Shown: positions 1 to 14,891, numbered from the stretch's first letter. The stretch: 64,000 nucleotides of DNA from Eledone cirrhosa (GCA_964016885.1 OZ024755.1:28954001-29018000), one strand, 5' to 3'. Notes: generated by a model from the letters alone, not told the origin. Numbers and translations are program-made.

Positions 1-845
1 AAATGTAAAGCAAATCATATGATCAATAATTTTAATTAATAAAAAGGATTGACAATATTACACGACAGCGTGACATTGCTTTACCTCATTGGGATAATCT
101 ATATCAAGGACAATTAATGTTGATCAATATTTACAATAGCCATTGTCGTTATTATCAACATATATGAACATTATGTCAATTGAAATGAAAGCAACATTCT
201 CAGCATCAGCAGCAAACCTACCATCATTATCAAAATGAGAAACTTGAATTACTGCAAACATGGTTTCAAGTAATTGCTGGCGGAGCTGTAAACTCTCGAG
301 AAAACAATGCAGTCAAAAGCAATTAAATGCAATAGAATTTAAAGAATCACGTTTTCCATTTTAAGTTGTTCAATATGAATTGTATGAATAGTGTAAACAA
401 TTTAGAAACTCCAAACAAACATTCTTCTTATAAGTGACCACCTACGCTGATATTTGAATGAATAGCTCCCTAACAATTCCATGTTCACCAAACTATTTTT
501 ATAAGGATATAACCCATAGCCACCATGCCAAACATAAGATAAACATTCAATTATTTCAACGCTAGTATTTGAGAGCTATTTCGATTCAGAATCTGGAAGT
601 AGGAAAGGCAAAGTCAGCTTTTTCGGAATTTCAAATCAGAACATAAACGGGCATGACTAAATAAAGGTAGGGATATCGTCCAATGATGTAACGATTCTGT
701 TCAGTTAATATATTGTCCGGGAAGGTTACTGGATGTCGCTAATCCTATAAACGAGTGATCAACTGACAACCAATCATAAAACTCTTGTCAATGGTAAAGG
801 GTATTTGCTTCAATCTCACTGCATGGTTCCTTCATAAAGTGACTT

Positions 846-970
846 ATAATTGTTTCAACTTTTGGCACAAGGCCAGAAATTAATCCCACTGCATTACTAG
901 TACTTTATTTTATCGATCCGTAAGGATGAAAGGCAAAGTTACCTTCGGCGGAATTTGACTTCAGATCGTA
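846..970 (-). mobile_element. tRNA-derived SINE (main family), 5'-truncated copy
   Basis: Reverse complement of the central and 3' part of the 8020-8204 SINE (ggcacaaggccag...tactttattttatcgatccgtaaggatgaaaggcaaagtt). Confidence 0.85.
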
Positions 971-1164
971 GGACAGAACAAAGGAGAGGCACAACATAAG
1001 AATCAGTCATTGAGGTGGTCACAGAATGTGTGATGAACGAACTTTGACAATATCTAAACAACTATCCGGTTATTAAACCAACCGGAAATTTATAATAAAT
1101 TGAAGTGAAAACTCACTAGTGCGTGTGTTTTTATTGGCAGCTTGACCCTCTCAAAATATAACAA

Positions 1165-1166
<2 letters not shown>

Positions 1167-1260
<94 letters not shown>

Positions 1261-1350
1261 CATGTGTGTATGTGTGTGTGCGCGTCTGTGTCTATATATA
1301 TATGTTTCTGTGCGTGTGTGTATATGTATGTGTTCGTGTGTGCATGTGTG
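1167..1350. repeat. (TA)n/(TG)n microsatellite
   Basis: Direct reading. Confidence 0.98.
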
Positions 1351-1493
1351 TGTTTGCACTTTCTACCAGAATTTATGTCAGTGCCACGTGTTTTCTATAC
1401 TCCAAAGTTACATGGTACACAGCTCGTAAATACCCGCCCGCAATGCATTTTGTCCTATGCACTGAAGTTATCGCAATCTACCGAACCTTATAC

Positions 1494-1796
1494 CAGAGGT
1501 CACCAAACCCCCGGGCCGCAAACCGGTACCAGTCCGGGGGTCATTTACTACCGGGCCGCAAATAAATAATTAACTTGTTTAAAATTATATAACAGATAAA
1601 TTGGACTTCAATGTTAGAAATTTGCATGAGTGTCAACAGATTATACACTTTTACTTCCCTTTAATACATTGATCTTTTCATTATTGTTCTCTTTATCGAA
1701 ATGCAGTTAAATAGCACATATGTGCAACTACCGGTCCGCGGTAAGACTGTCCAACGTAAAGACAGTCCGTGGTTTAAAATACCTTGGCGACTATAG
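1494..1796. mobile_element. hAT (Charlie/MER1-like) non-autonomous DNA element, decayed
   Basis: Left end CAGAGGTCACCAAACCCCCGGGCCGCAAACCGGTACC and degenerate right end (cagtccgtggtttaaaataccttggcgactatag) resemble Charlie-type CAGGGGTCCCCAACC termini; TA-centred 8-mer CCTTATAC at the left flank. Confidence 0.6.
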
Positions 1797-1805
1797 GCTT
1801 TATAT

Positions 1806-1992
1806 AATTGTTTCTACTGTTTGACACAAGGCCAGCAATTACCCCCAGTGCATTACTGGTACTTTATTTTATCGACCCCGTAAGGATGAAAGGCAAAGTT
1901 AACCTCGGCGAGATTTGAACTCAGTCCTTTAAGGGACGTAACTCTGCGCTGCAAAGCATTGCGTCCGACCCTCTGCCGATACTGCCAATCCA
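1806..1992 (-). mobile_element. tRNA-derived SINE, near full length
   Basis: Matches 8020-8204 in reverse. Confidence 0.9.
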
Positions 1993-2259
1993 CAAAATAA
2001 CATAGCCTTATAATTTGTGAAATCTGAATGCAAGCGCGCAAGTATATGTCACGAGTATTTAATAACATACCACGCTATTCCTAGGACTCAATGATTTCAT
2101 CATGAGGCAATTATTAATCAGTAACATTTTTACTAGGCCCCGGTTATTACTGCAACGTTTCACTCACAAACTTAACGATATATAAATAAATTCTTGAAGA
2201 CATTCTGAATAGTACTCTAGTGTTTTACCACTTATTTAATTTCCTTTGTGACAAATAGC

Positions 2260-2601
2260 GGTTTCTTATATAAGCACAAGGCCAGCAATTTTGGGGGAGG
2301 GGAAAGTCGATTAAATCGACACCAGTGCGTGACTGGTACTTTATTTTATCGACCCCAGTGCGTCACTGGTACTTTATTTTATCGACCCCGTAAGCATGAA
2401 AGGCAAAGTTAACCTCGGCGGGATTTGAACTCAATCGACCCCAGTGCGTGACTGGTACTTTATTTTATCAACCCCGTAAGCATGAAAGGCAAAGTTAACC
2501 TCGGCGGGATTTGAACTCAAATCATAACGGGCTGTAACTCCATGCTGCAAACGCAAACGCATGGCGTCCGACCCTCTACCGATGCTGCCACTCCACCGCC
2601 C
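2260..2601 (-). mobile_element. tRNA-derived SINE, long variant with internal tandem duplications
   Basis: The atcgaccccagtgcgtgactggtactttattttatc block occurs three times and the gtaagcatgaaaggcaaagttaacctcggcgggatttgaactca block twice; retains the gtcgattaaatcgac hairpin segment. Confidence 0.9.
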
Positions 2602-3267
2602 CTCTTTGTGACAAATATGGCCTCTTGGCCTCGTCAAGAGTAACCGATATTTATCTACCCTCATTTCTCATTTCTATTACATTTTAGATCATAAGTATTT
2701 TATTTATGGGACATCTAAATTGTTGTTTCCGTAACGTATATTTACATACGGGCTTCATTTTTATTCTGTTCTTGTCTATCTACGTGTTAATTTCTAACTT
2801 CCTAAACGCATTTTCTTTCGAGGCGTTGAGAACGTTATTATGATAACTGATATGGCAAGAATTATTTTAAACATAATGAGGCAGAAACACATTATCAACT
2901 TTTAAATAGGACTCACATTCTGTGTTCACATTTCCGTTAATACACATGTTTATTGATTTTATTATATGTTGAACTTTAATTCAGATTATAAACTATCGTG
3001 TGTAATTCTATGGGAAACAAAATATTTAACGATAATAAATCTTCTTCGTTTGAACTGATGGAATAGCGGAAATGTCATGTAATAATGTTACACTTAAGAT
3101 ATAATATTTTAATTTGAGAGGAAATGAATATAGGAATTTTACAAACATTAAGTTACTTTCAAGAATGACACTGCTGTACTTAATATTAGCGTGTGGTGGT
3201 TGTTCATACTTTCCGACATAGATGTGTATATGTGTGAGATGTGTGTTTGATATATGTTTATATATAT

Positions 3268-3453
3268 GAGAAAGTGGCTTCGACGGCAGAGCTCAAGCCG
3301 TTTCGACGTTTCTGGACTAAAGAAATAGCCGTCGAAACGGCTTGAGCTCTGCCGCCGAGGTCATACTTTCTCCTATTACCCACTCTACTACCCTAAGTAT
3401 TGAGTGCTCAGGTGCGATATGGTCCATCTGGTTCCTTACCACAACTCCTTCGT

Positions 3454-3455
<2 letters not shown>
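3268..3455 (+). mobile_element. HHR-half palindromic element, family A
   Basis: Inverted repeat centred near 3315-3325; GAAA-CGGC...GCCG followed by the shared ~90 bp tail (ctctactaccctaagtattgagt...ccttcgtt); TA-rich flanks. Confidence 0.8.
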
Positions 3456-3491
<36 letters not shown>

Positions 3492-3853
3492 CGTATGTAT
3501 ATATTTATATGTGTGTGTATATATATATATTATTTCTTCCTATGTCACTCTAAATACAGCTTTAAAGAATTAGCTTTGAAAGAATTCCCCTCTCTTTAAA
3601 CCAATCAAGCATAGACCTCCACCCATCCTGAAGACACCTGAAATACAGGCATTGTTAGCTTAAGAGAAACTTAAAAATAAGGAGTGGTCCTCTAATCTGA
3701 ACTTGCTAACAGTATTCTTTCTGCCTTTGTCACTTAAAAGAATTAGCTTTTAAAGAATTCCCTTTTCTTTAAACCCATCAACCAATGACCTCCACCCATC
3801 CCAATCCCCACCTTTTCCTACCACCAGAAAAGATATAAATACAACCATATTTA

Positions 3854-3900
3854 CTTCCTGATGATTTCGCATGAATGAAACAGTTCTAGTCCTGTAGAAG
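3854..3900 (+). ncRNA. Type I hammerhead ribozyme (U10.1-U11.1 variant)
   Basis: CTTC-CTGATGA-T TTC gcat GAA T-GAAA-CAG ttctagtc CTG-TA-GAAG: stems I, II and III all pair, core intact. Confidence 0.7.
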
Positions 3901-3913
3901 ATTTTCTATATTA

Positions 3914-3950
<37 letters not shown>

Positions 3951-4127
3951 GGACAACAGCTGGTGATATATATGTAATATTTATCGGATATTTTATCGGA
4001 TATTTTGTAACTACCCTTACATAAATCGATAACGAAGTGTGGCTACGATGTATTATCATCACCTAGAAACGATCGTAAAGCAGTGAAGTATATTTCTAAT
4101 GACTTGAATTTTTATTTCATTGTTTAA

Positions 4128-5856
<1,729 letters not shown>

Positions 5857-5964
5857 ACTCCGAAATATAGCGACCATGAACATTCTCAAATACTAACTGA
5901 AATATGATCTTGGGGTGTCGTACGCTACTGCAACCGGAAATACCATCCCCCCCCTCTCTCTCTG

Positions 5965-6027
<63 letters not shown>

Positions 6028-6122
6028 AGAGAGAGAATGAGAGAAATAATATTAATATTTGCGAAGGCCAGATGTAGATATGCATAATTCCTTCATATTT
6101 ATAATCAACCATAATACTTTTT

Positions 6123-6190
6123 TGCTGTAGTGTTCATGCTTTCGTAATGCTGTGAACACGCAATCATCCACAGGACTTCATCAGACAGCA
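6123..6190 (-). ncRNA. Degenerate hammerhead ribozyme
   Basis: Minus strand: TGCTGT-CTGATGA-stem II (ctgtggat/gttcacag)-GAAA...ACAGCA; stem I is perfect but stem III and the cleavage triplet are damaged. Confidence 0.45.
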
Positions 6191-7643
6191 TAGTGTAAGT
6201 AATAGGGTTGCTACGTAATATTTCTAAAACAAATTAGGCTAGTAACAAGGTGATAGCGGAGTTGGATGTTTCCCTAATCAAACGTCCGTCCCCATATAAA
6301 TTCGAAGTCCCAATGAAAGATACCAGGAAGGAAAACTTTCCAGAAACAGAGAAACCAGCTAGAGGAGGATTGGAAGTCCTATCAACAATGCCTCCACCTG
6401 TGGGCTAAATAGGATCTGTCAATAGCTTTAAAATGGTCTGTGCAGTCCTGGCGACGCTCTTCTATACAGCTATCGAAAAAAATGGACTATTCATTGATTT
6501 GCACCAGAGTTCAAGCCCCTGCCTTATTTGATTTTCCTGATACTCACACCTCATCCTCTGATACTACTGACAGATCAGTCTCTGATCCAGGCAGGCTGGA
6601 GATGTATTGTAGGATTCAGTTCATCATTCAGGAATTGATTTATTTTCGAAAGCCAATACTCACATTTAACAAATATATGATAAACTGTGGATAGACGTCA
6701 CGTAATATCCCGATCTATATTACTGTTGTATATCAGCGGTCAGCTAGAAATTGCTTATCTGTGAGATATGTTCACATCAAACGAGAACGATACTCGCCAC
6801 TCACAAAAATAAACCTACTGATAAAAACAAAACATATAAAGAAATACGCGTTCCAAATATTTCTCATATATAACCGACAAAAATAAGTAAAGTGTCGTGC
6901 TGCATTTGCCATAAATACCCGAAAATGGCACACTGTTAATCGTGGTGTCAAACTTAATTGGTTTGTTGACACATTCAAAGACCAGATAACATGTCTGTAT
7001 ATATCTATAGGTACAACATATCTTGCAAAATGATTGGCTATTCGAAGTCATCGTCCGAATTTTTTTTACTTCCCTTCTTTATTCAAAAGCCCCCCCCCCA
7101 CACACACACACAAAAAAAACACCTTATTTAGTAAGAAAAAATAAAAATGGGGGAAACAAAAGGAAAGAAAGAATAGGGAAATATAGGGGGAAAAAGAGAG
7201 AAAGAAACAAGAAAAATAACAGGAAAGGGAGAGAATAGCAAGAGTTCTGGTGTCGCAGAAGAAGGGGGTGATGGGGAGGGGGATTGGGCTATGGGGCTAG
7301 GGTAAGGGGGCAATAGTGCTGAGCCCCGCGGATAAGACGGCAACAGCATTTCCCCGGACGATGGACGATTGCAAAATGTATGAATATAATGTATCTTACT
7401 ATTTTCTACTGGCTTCAACCACTGACACCATTGAAGCGACGAACATCACAAGGCCACATCGTCTTAAGTACGCCACTGCACATGAAGGCATAAGGAATCT
7501 ATAATTGACATTACTAACATATTAATGAAACAGCAAACAACGTTTTACCTATCTAGAGGCAAGAATATTAAATACCTCCACTTACACGAATGAAAAACAA
7601 GGCATTTATATTATAAATGTATAAACTATGATACATAAACAAC

Positions 7644-7699
<56 letters not shown>

Positions 7700-7704
<5 letters not shown>

Positions 7705-8275
7705 TGTGTATGTATATGTGCAGAGACATGGAAAAAATCGGGCTGGATACCCGATTGCGCGGATAAACCACTGGGAGTGAAGGACCCCTAGCTTTTGTCG
7801 GGGCATGCTTCTAGGAGAAGGCAACTCAGGAAACTAGGAAAACTCCGACACAAATCCTGCGGCTCAGTAGTTACCGATGATGTTGATCTTTTCTTCTTTT
7901 CGGGTTGTAGCTACTGTCGCTCAGAGAGTGGGATTGGCTCAGTGCACAGTCTTTCCTCACTTAAAAAAAATCTTCCCGCACAGGCATTGCACGATAGCAT
8001 TAATTGATAATCATTAATAGGGCGGTGGATTGGCAGTATCGGTAGAGAGTCGGACGCCATGTTTTCCAGCATAGTTACGTCCCTTTACGATCTGAGTTCA
8101 AATCCCGCCGAGGTTGACTTTGCCTTTCATCCTTACGGGGTCGATAAAATAAAGTACCAGTAATGCACTGGGTAATTGCTGACATTGTGCCTAAAGTAGA
8201 AACAATTAATTGATAATCATTGATAATGTTATATCGTGCAATGGTCATACTCAATAACGAGGGAGCAGCCATCAT
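7700..8275 (+). mobile_element. Non-autonomous bipartite RTE-derived element (RTE 5'UTR-like plus RTE 3' tail), interrupted by a SINE
   Basis: ctaggagaagg...aaactc motif; ends gcagccatcatata like the RTE at 12863-14312; homologous to 35590-36071 and 48143-48758. Confidence 0.7.
8020..8204 (+). mobile_element. tRNA-derived SINE, full length (reference copy)
   Basis: A box TGGCAGTATCGG, B box GAGTTCAAATCCC, central tttgcctttcatccttacggggtcgataaaataaagtaccag domain (Meta/MESC-like from recall); 21-bp TSD with one mismatch, 7999-8019 / 8205-8225. Confidence 0.93.
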
Positions 8276-8855
8276 ATAAACTACATATTACTCAAGATAA
8301 ATGCTGGTAATCCACAGAAGGATTACACATACTTTATCTAGGATAAATTTTTATACATGTCAGTCGATATCAATTAGAGAAAAGATTTACCGATAGAACT
8401 GGCGTGAGAGTTTGTCCATACAGTGCAATAACCTGCAAATGATGTAACTTATTAATGTCAACAATATGCATTACAGTTGTCACGGACAAAGAAAAAAAGA
8501 CTAATGTTCGTAAAAAAAACCTGTGCTCGAGCGAGAGTAAAACCCTGAGAAAATAAAATCGTCCATTGTTTACAAGATAAATTGAAGGAGAGCGGAAAAT
8601 CACGCATGCATACATGACGCATAGAAACCAACAATATAATAAAGCTATCCCAATGCATGAAAGTAGAATGAGATAACAGTGTTTTCGAAAAGTTGTGATC
8701 GAATCATAAATACTTTTATATACTTGAGAAAATATCAGCTGTTTGGTGAATTAGCGCAATTGCTATAGCTAGTATGATGCACATTATCATGTGACATGTA
8801 TCCTACAGTGGAAAATTGAAACTAATAGGTAAGTGACATGGTTTATAGACAAATA

Positions 8856-9046
8856 TAATTGTTTTTATTTTTGGCACAAAGCCAGCAATTAACCAGTGCA
8901 TTACTGGTACTATATTTTATCGATCCCGTAAGGATGAAAGGCAAAGTTAACTTCGGTGGGATTTAAACTCAGAATGGCAAGGGCCGTAACTCTATGCGTG
9001 AAAGCATGGCGTCCGACGCTCCACCGATACTGCCAATCCACTGCCA
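8856..9046 (-). mobile_element. tRNA-derived SINE
   Basis: Homology to the reference copy. Confidence 0.9.
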
Positions 9047-9060
9047 TTAGTTGTAGGAAT

Positions 9061-9279
9061 GCCTCTGCCCTTCTAAAATCCCGGAGAGCTCAATTTGCTG
9101 GCCACTGTCACCGTGCCAGCCTGACTAGGAGTAGGAAGCTGTCATTCCCTGACGTTATCTCTAGGGATACGGGAATCAGTAGGCGGGACCTGGGGGCAGC
9201 GATGGGGGGACAGGGAACTCTGGGGCATGAGAGTGAGATCCATCATCTCGACAGTAGTCGACGAATGTTGATGATGATG
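9061..9279 (+). mobile_element. 5'-truncated RTE-type LINE 3' end
   Basis: Translates RRAQFAGHCHRA...RKLSFPDVISRDTGI; (GAT)n tail; perfect 12-bp TSD AGTTGTAGGAAT at 9049-9060 / 9280-9291. Confidence 0.85.
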
Positions 9280-9396
9280 AGTTGTAGGAATAATATTCTA
9301 ACGTTAGAACGATGTCTGCATCCATAACACGAAGGCCAGTGGCATTAACCACAATAGCTTGAAAGCATTGCCAGCAAGCCACAGCTGCTAGAGACA

Positions 9397-9493
9397 TGAC
9401 CTCGGCGGGATTTTGAACTCATAATGGCAAGGGCCGTAACTTTATGCGTCAAAGCATGGCGTCCGACCCTCCACCCATACTGCCAATTCACCA
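9397..9493 (-). mobile_element. SINE 5' (tRNA-related) fragment
   Basis: Homology to the reference copy. Confidence 0.75.
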
Positions 9494-9761
9494 AATATAA
9501 TGTTGGTGTGCGCAATTCAAAGGCGGAAACCTTCTTCATTGTTATCACCATCTATATCTCACGATTGCCAAAATAATTTTCAAATTGAATGAAAATCATA
9601 AGTTGACACGGAACCACATCCGCAGCCAAAGTATGATGGATGACACGCTGGCAATAATTCACATAGAAACAATAACCATGCTAGAAGCACAGCACCAGGG
9701 TGGTCTTGAATAGAAAGCAAATAATAACCATTCCCATATATACAACAAAATGTGTTTCAAC

Positions 9762-9849
9762 CACGAGTTTGGTGAGTTATTGATTCCAGAGTCGATCCCG
9801 ATCAGATCGTACTCTGAGCTGTTCAATCGCGAAACACGTGTCGCACGTG
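9762..9849 (+). ncRNA. Degenerate hammerhead, long stem II family (C)
   Basis: CACGAGT-TTGGTGA-long stem II-GAAA-CACGTG-TC-GCACGTG followed by AATAAA. Confidence 0.5.
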
Positions 9850-9890
9850 AATAAATTTAATAATGGTACTTTGATACCTCATTCCTACTC

Positions 9891-9892
<2 letters not shown>

Positions 9893-9925
<33 letters not shown>

Positions 9926-10164
9926 CATATATATACATAACATATATATATATATATAACATATATATATATATAACATATATATATATAACATATATAT
10001 ATATATATATATATATAACATATATATATATATATATATAACATATATATATATAACATATGTATATATATATATATATAACATATATATATATATATAA
10101 CATATATATATATAACATATATATATATATATATAACATATATATATATAACATATATATATAT

Positions 10165-10207
<43 letters not shown>

Positions 10208-10208
10208 C

Positions 10209-10250
<42 letters not shown>

Positions 10251-10284
10251 CATATATATATATATATATATATAACATATCTAT

Positions 10285-10347
<63 letters not shown>
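9893..10347. repeat. (TA)n with periodic AAC interruptions
   Basis: Direct reading. Confidence 0.97.
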
Positions 10348-10349
<2 letters not shown>

Positions 10350-10490
10350 CAAAGAGGGTGTGGTAAGATACCAGATGGACCACAACGCACCAGAGTACTT
10401 AATATTTAGGGTAGTAGAGTGGGAAATAGGAAAAGAGTCAGGACCTCGAAGGCTAAGTTCCGGTCGTTTCGACAGCTAGATCCGAACTAC
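10348..10490 (-). mobile_element. HHR-half element, family A (subfamily B stem II gacagctagatccga)
   Basis: Tail plus 3' half HHR, ends at the putative stem II loop; homologous to 49224-49493. Confidence 0.75.
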
Positions 10491-10497
10491 TCTCTCT

Positions 10498-10561
<64 letters not shown>

Positions 10562-11013
10562 TTATATATATATATAAAGAGAGAGAGGGGGAGAGAGAGA
10601 TCATATTCGTAGAAAATGGTGTACATTCTTTCAGAAAAACATTAATTGTTTATTAATTGTACCATTATACCCTTCATTACGCAGATTGTATTGTGGTCTT
10701 TTTCTGAAAGGTTAAATCGCTTAAAAAATCATCACGTATGCAATTCTCTGGATACATTTCCTAAGATCGTATTTGGTCAGTATATATTGGTGACCTTCTG
10801 CACACATTCAATTTTCTAACTATCAGTCTTTTGTATATATACATACATGCACCAAACAGACATTAACATTTAGTGACTGAAGTTTATTTATACTATACAC
10901 CGTAGATTTGTACCACTTGATTTATTATCTTTTTATGGTATTAAAAATATTATTTAGTGTTATTCTATAATTCGAAATAGACGGCTTTTTTAGGAATTTA
11001 ATCTTTTACTCTT

Positions 11014-11420
11014 TTACCTGTTCCAGCCATCCGAATGAGGCCTTGCTAGGGCAATACCCTTGTTGATACATGTTCTATATCCAGTATGTAAGAGGGAGTT
11101 CGTTGTCGCTGCCCTTAGGTTACCTTCGTTCCATGCTGTGGTCTCATCTGGGATCCTGAGTGTCAAGATGTTTTTTGAAAACATCCATATCAACAACATG
11201 CAGAATTCCCAAATTTCTTGGTAGCATACTGAAGAATTGACTGACTTTGGATCCCAGGCTATTGCAATATCTGCTCCTCACTCTAGATGTGAAAGAAGGG
11301 ACCTTTGGCACCACACATTGACGTCCTGTTCGAGAATTGGTCCAGCTCTCAATGCCAAAGCTTGGTGCTAGTCCCTCCATGATCTCCCATGTGTATATGT
11401 ATTTATATCTGCTTTCTCCT
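11014..11420 (-). mobile_element. CR1/L2-group LINE 3' end, decayed
   Basis: Translation IYTWEIMEGLAPSFGIESWTNSRTGRQCVVPK...FFSMLPRNL...VFKKHLD...IPDE...RAATTNSLLH resembles the C-terminus of CR1-group ORF2. Confidence 0.7.
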
Positions 11421-11623
11421 CAGCTCTGCATATGTTTTATGTTAATGTTGTATCTTGCAAGGTTAATCATTTGCATGAATTTGGATAAAGGTGACTTCAA
11501 TAATCAAGGAGATTTCTCGTTTGAAGTGCGGAAGTCCTTCCAATAATAAATGCTTCATTTCTATTTTAATTGAGTTAACTGTACTTATTATAAATATTAA
11601 CACCACAAGCAATAATATTTATA

Positions 11624-11806
11624 TAATTGATTCTAATTTTGGCACAAGGCCAGCAATTACCCCAGTACATTGCTGGTACTTTATTTTATCGACCCCGTAA
11701 GTATGAAAGGCAAAGTTAACATCGGCGAGATTTGAACTCAGAACGTAAAGGGCCATAACTCTATGCTGCAAAGCATAGTGTCTGACGCTCTACCGCTACT
11801 GACAAT
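11624..11806 (-). mobile_element. tRNA-derived SINE
   Basis: Homology to the reference copy. Confidence 0.9.
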
Positions 11807-12079
11807 CCCCTGACAATAATAATAACAGCAACACTAAAAAAAAAAGTAAAAGGGAAACAAAAGAAGAAAAATAGGAAAATATACAGAAAAAAGAGAAAAA
11901 GAAAGAAAAAAATAAGAACTGGAAGGTGAGAGGTGAAGGGGAAGAATGATTGAGTCCAGGGCATGGAGGCAGAAGGGATGTGCCCCGCGGACAAGACTGC
12001 AAAAGCATTCCCGCGGGCAATGACCAGTGACACCCACTGTAACAGCCACCCAACCCAAATATTGAGTTAATATTAGCAA

Positions 12080-12233
12080 ATATTTGGTCGTCAAGTATGA
12101 AAAGTCTAGAAATGTGTATTTTTTTCTACAAATTTCTACCAATTTTTTATATTTATTGGATAGTCAAGTATGAAATGTGTAGCAATTTGTAGGAAAAATA
12201 GAAATTTCTACAAATTTCATGTTTGACTTAATA
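12080..12233. mobile_element. Mariner-type MITE, one partial and one decayed copy
   Basis: ttgg..gtcaagtatgaaa termini shared with 20577-20655. Confidence 0.5.
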
Positions 12234-12862
12234 TATAAGTACGAATCTGCACAAGGAAACTACTGCAGAAAATGTGATTCAGGACTATTTAAACAGTAGT
12301 AGGCAAGGCGATAATATGAATTTACATAAATCCTTAAATGTATCATTTGGAATTATATTAATACTCAATTATATTGATGAATTATATTACAACTGAATTG
12401 TATTGACTCGTGTGAAAATAGCATAAAACATGTATCATGTTTTATGATGAAATGACAGGAGGAATTATAGTGTTGCATAATCAGCCAATTGTTGCCGAGA
12501 TACTCAATATAAACCGGATATCATTTTGACAAAACGAATCAAAATCCAATTAATTTTCCCCGGTGAAATAAAATGGAAACAGATTTTTTTTTTTTTTTTT
12601 TAAATATCGAGTTATATTCTGTTTTCGCCACGTATTCAATCACTATTAAAACTACCTCATTAACCCTCTCCTCCGCCCCCGACGACGACCATCACCACCA
12701 CCACCATCACTAAAGAAAAAGAACGGACCTACATAATCACCAACGTTTAAGTTCCGACACATACACAAACATTTATTCATACCATCATGTTTATACAAGC
12801 GTCACTCTCTCTTTCTTTCTTTCTTTCTCTCTCATATATTTATATGTGTATGTATATATATA

Positions 12863-14312
12863 GTGTGGGTTATTTTGGAGAGATTGGGCTGTCCTGAAAA
12901 GTTTGTGAACATTCTGAAACTCTTCCACGATGACATGCAGGCATGGGTGGATGTTGGATGTAAACCGTCTGAGCCAATCCCGGTTGAAAATGGTGTCATA
13001 CCTACACCTACTTTGTTTGCCTTGTATTTCGCAATGGTGTTCTTCATGGCCTTCTGGGATTGTCGACACGATATCTATCTCAGATATCACACTTCCGGCA
13101 AGCTGGTTAATCTCAGACGTCTCACTGCCAACACTAAGGTACTGAGTACCTTCATCAGAGAATGTTTATATGCAGATGATTGTGATCTCTGTGCATACTC
13201 CTAGAGTGACATGCAACACCTTATGGATTCTTTTTCTTTCCAATGCGTGCAGTGCTTTGGGACTGACAATCAGTCAATCAGTCTATCAGTCTAAGAGGAC
13301 TATCGTGATGTACCAATCTGCTCCGGATTAAGTTTTCAATGAACCCTCCATATACGTATACGGTCAAAAGTTGAAGGCTGCTGACACATTTGTGTATTTG
13401 GGGAATACTCTGAGTGTGGCCTGCTCTCTGGGTGCAGAAGTTGGTCTACGTGTTAGTAAGGGAAGTGAGTCATTTGGAAGGCTCAATGACCGTCTTTCGT
13501 GCAGGCGAGGAATCACAATGAGGACCTAGGTGAAAATGTATGCTGCATGTGTACTGTCAGCTTTGATGTATGCATGTGGGACATGGGTTGCCTATAAACG
13601 GCATATCCACAAACTGGAACGGTTTCACCAGCAGTGACTCAGAAAGATGCTTGGTATCAAATGGCAGATGTATGTGAGTGATGTTGAGGTCCTTGAGAGA
13701 AGTGAGTGTCGGAGCATTGAAAGTATCATCCACCAAAGGCGTTTGCGATGGACCGAACACCTCTGCAGAATGGAGGTTCATCAAATCCCAAAACAACTCT
13801 TGTATGGCCAGTTTTGTGAGGGTAGGAGACCACCCAACAAGCCAAGGCTGCGATTCAAGGATTGAGTAAAGGACTCATTGAAAAAATCTGGTTTGATGAT
13901 CGTTGACTGGGTGATAGAAGCTCTTGAAAGAGGAACTTGGCGTGGAATGGTGAATGAAACGGTCCATAATTTTGAGGACAGGCGCATAGAGCACGACAAG
14001 ATCAAACGGGATGTGCGTAACGGTGTCTCCATTGAATTGAAGTACCCTGAGTGTGGAAGAATGTGCTTGAGCAAATCTGGTCTCAGGAAACACAGTCGCA
14101 ACCATGTTCAAAGAGAACCTGTGAACTATGATCATTAAGGTGTTGTGAGGGTTCACGGGCAATGATGCAGGACCTCAAGCCAGGGAGATCCATAGTTGTC
14201 GTCAGTGTGTGAAGGAGTGTAAGTCTCTAGCAGGGTTGAAAAGCCATATCCGAGCGTCACACATCTGAATCTAAGAAGCGATTGCAAACTCTTTGCAGAG
14301 TTTGCAGCCATC
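12863..14312 (+). mobile_element. RTE-clade (BovB/RTE-1-like) LINE, 5'-truncated and frameshifted RT pseudogene with C-terminal C2H2-like fingers
   Basis: ILERLGCPEKFVNILKLFHDDM, PTLF, CLYADDC, RRLRWTEHL, IPKQLLYG, RLRFKD; finger-like ECGRMCLSKSGLRKHSRNH and [22 protein letters not shown]. Confidence 0.92.
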
Positions 14313-14374
<62 letters not shown>

Positions 14375-14639
14375 GGAGAAATAACGCAGTAAAGGACTCG
14401 CGTATAATCCTGTAATCAAATGAGCTCAAAGGAAAGAGTTTTCCTGGGCATTTTAAAATACAATATATAGAGGGATTAAACACAGGAGAGTGTGTTTCTT
14501 CATTAACACCATTTAAACAATTTAAACAATTTCATTAAAGCACCAGCGTGTGAAGATAATATAATCTAAGAAGGGTATTGGAAAAACATTCTAATTAAAA
14601 GTATAAATTAAAATGAGAAACCAACCTCATAACTAAGTC

Positions 14640-14718
14640 ACACATGTACAAACTCACCAGGAGATTGTTTCGCCATATAGTGGGTTCCAAATCGGCTTAG
14701 TGGGTCATCAGCATGCGC
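14640..14718 (-). ncRNA. Type I hammerhead ribozyme, near intact
   Basis: Minus strand: GCGCATG-CTGATGA-c CCA...TGG c-GAAA-CAA tctc ctggt gagt TTG-TA-CATGTGT; 7-bp stem I; 10.1-11.1 is a C-C mismatch. Confidence 0.65.
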
Positions 14719-14834
14719 AAAGACCGATATTGTCCGCACTACTAAAGAGAGAACTATAGTAAACCACCTGTCGCTCGTGTAAAGAGAAGGGAAATACGTG
14801 CACGAGGCAGTACCCGGTGGTATGAACAGAACAA

Positions 14835-14888
<54 letters not shown>

Positions 14889-14891
<3 letters not shown>

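Noticed and set aside
4040-4090. GAAA-CGATCG-TA half motif (similar ones near 1030-1100, 22420-22460, 25060 and 59690)
   Set aside because: No CUGANGA box or convincing stems; not called as ribozymes
6440-6694. Possible GIY-YIG C-terminus (IQELIYFRKPILTFN)
   Set aside because: Similarity too weak, no GIY/YIG motif, and opposite strand to the nearby HHR
8020-8110. tRNA gene (A and B boxes)
   Set aside because: Head of a multicopy SINE with TSDs; no proper cloverleaf
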